Positions 63,283 to 64,000 of a stretch of 64,000 bases of DNA are shown one piece after another. Below the pieces are notes generated by a model. It was not told where the DNA came from. It saw only the letters and a program-made list of their open reading frames with translations, and ran no database searches. This stretch comes from Sphagnum compactum (lineage: Eukaryota). The stretch spans positions 12,142,213 through 12,206,212 of the forward strand of contig OZ234493.1 of NCBI GenBank assembly GCA_965153455.1, given 5' to 3'. A program made the position numbers and the translations under genes. How positions within the stretch are numbered: position 1 is the stretch's first letter; every line of letters begins with the position of its first letter.

Positions 63283-64000
63283 ATGTCAGCCGACAACCAG
63301 AAGGGCTTGGCCCTGGCTGTGAGCTCCAGTCTCTTCATCGGTGCCAGTTTCATTATCAAGAAGAAAGGCCTCAAGCGCGCAGGTGCTACAGGCGTTAGGG
63401 CAGGTATGAATTCCTCTGTTAGTGTCAGTTAATCTTCCTTCTTCCTTTGGGTACCCAAGCTGAGATGAACAAATTAGGGTCTGAGCTGGGATGAGAAGAT
63501 TAGGGTTGAGGAAAAGGCAGTAGGACACATACACACACATATGCGTGCACACACACACACACACACATACACAAAAGATCGTGGTGTGTTTTATGGAGAT
63601 TTGGAGGTTTTTAGGGTTTGAATACAGAAAGGATGGAATGGCAGTGCTTTGTGGAATGAGAAAGGTTGGGGACATTGATCAGAGGTGGTGGGGCTGATGA
63701 TGATGATGATGATGGGAGATGGGGCTATCAGGAGTTGGTGGATATTCATACCTTTACGAACCACTATGGTGGGCAGGCATGATCACCAGTAAGCTTCTTC
63801 TCGTACTGTGGATGTATGTGATCAATTTTGTGAGGTGGAATTCTTTTTTGTTGGTTTTTTGTGCAATCTGTATTTTGGGTGGGGTGGTGCTGATGATGGG
63901 GGGAATTTGGGATGGGCAGTGCTTGTAGGCGAGGTGGCCAACTTTACTGCTTATGCATTTGCTCCTGCTGTTCTGGTTACACCTCTTGGTGCATTGAGCA
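63283..64000 (+). CDS. NIPA: NIPA-family magnesium transporter, 5' part (exons 63283-63403, 63732-63788, 63920 to window end)
   Basis: [84 protein letters not shown]. Confidence 0.94.

Overview
Eukaryotic, intron-rich land-plant genomic DNA. Its repeat and gene style suggest a moss such as Sphagnum (inference, not verified). Eight host genes can be modelled from the translations plus GT-AG boundaries: an AVT1-like amino-acid transporter (+), an SDS22/outer-arm-dynein-LC1-like LRR protein (+), a bacterial-type quercetinase-like cupin (-), plastid chaperonin Cpn60-beta (+), an intronless SNU13/15.5K gene (-), a four-B3-domain REM-like protein (-), an F-box/kelch-like protein (-) and the 5' part of a NIPA Mg2+ transporter (+). 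Mobile DNA includes a Harbinger-type MITE with a six-fold amplified left TIR, split by a 5.6-kb decayed pogo-like transposon; a young 5'-truncated RTE/RTEX-like LINE; a non-autonomous Helitron abutting the cupin TATA box; and two inverted copies of a hairpin-ended repeat. The best unexplained signals are a regularly spaced palindromic array carrying RY-like motifs directly upstream of the multi-B3 gene, a long inverted duplication of a decayed gene just downstream of the cupin (possible hairpin RNA or proto-MIRNA), and the horizontal-transfer-candidate cupin itself. No CRISPR array, rRNA or tRNA was recognised. All coordinates were read by eye and no database searches were run.
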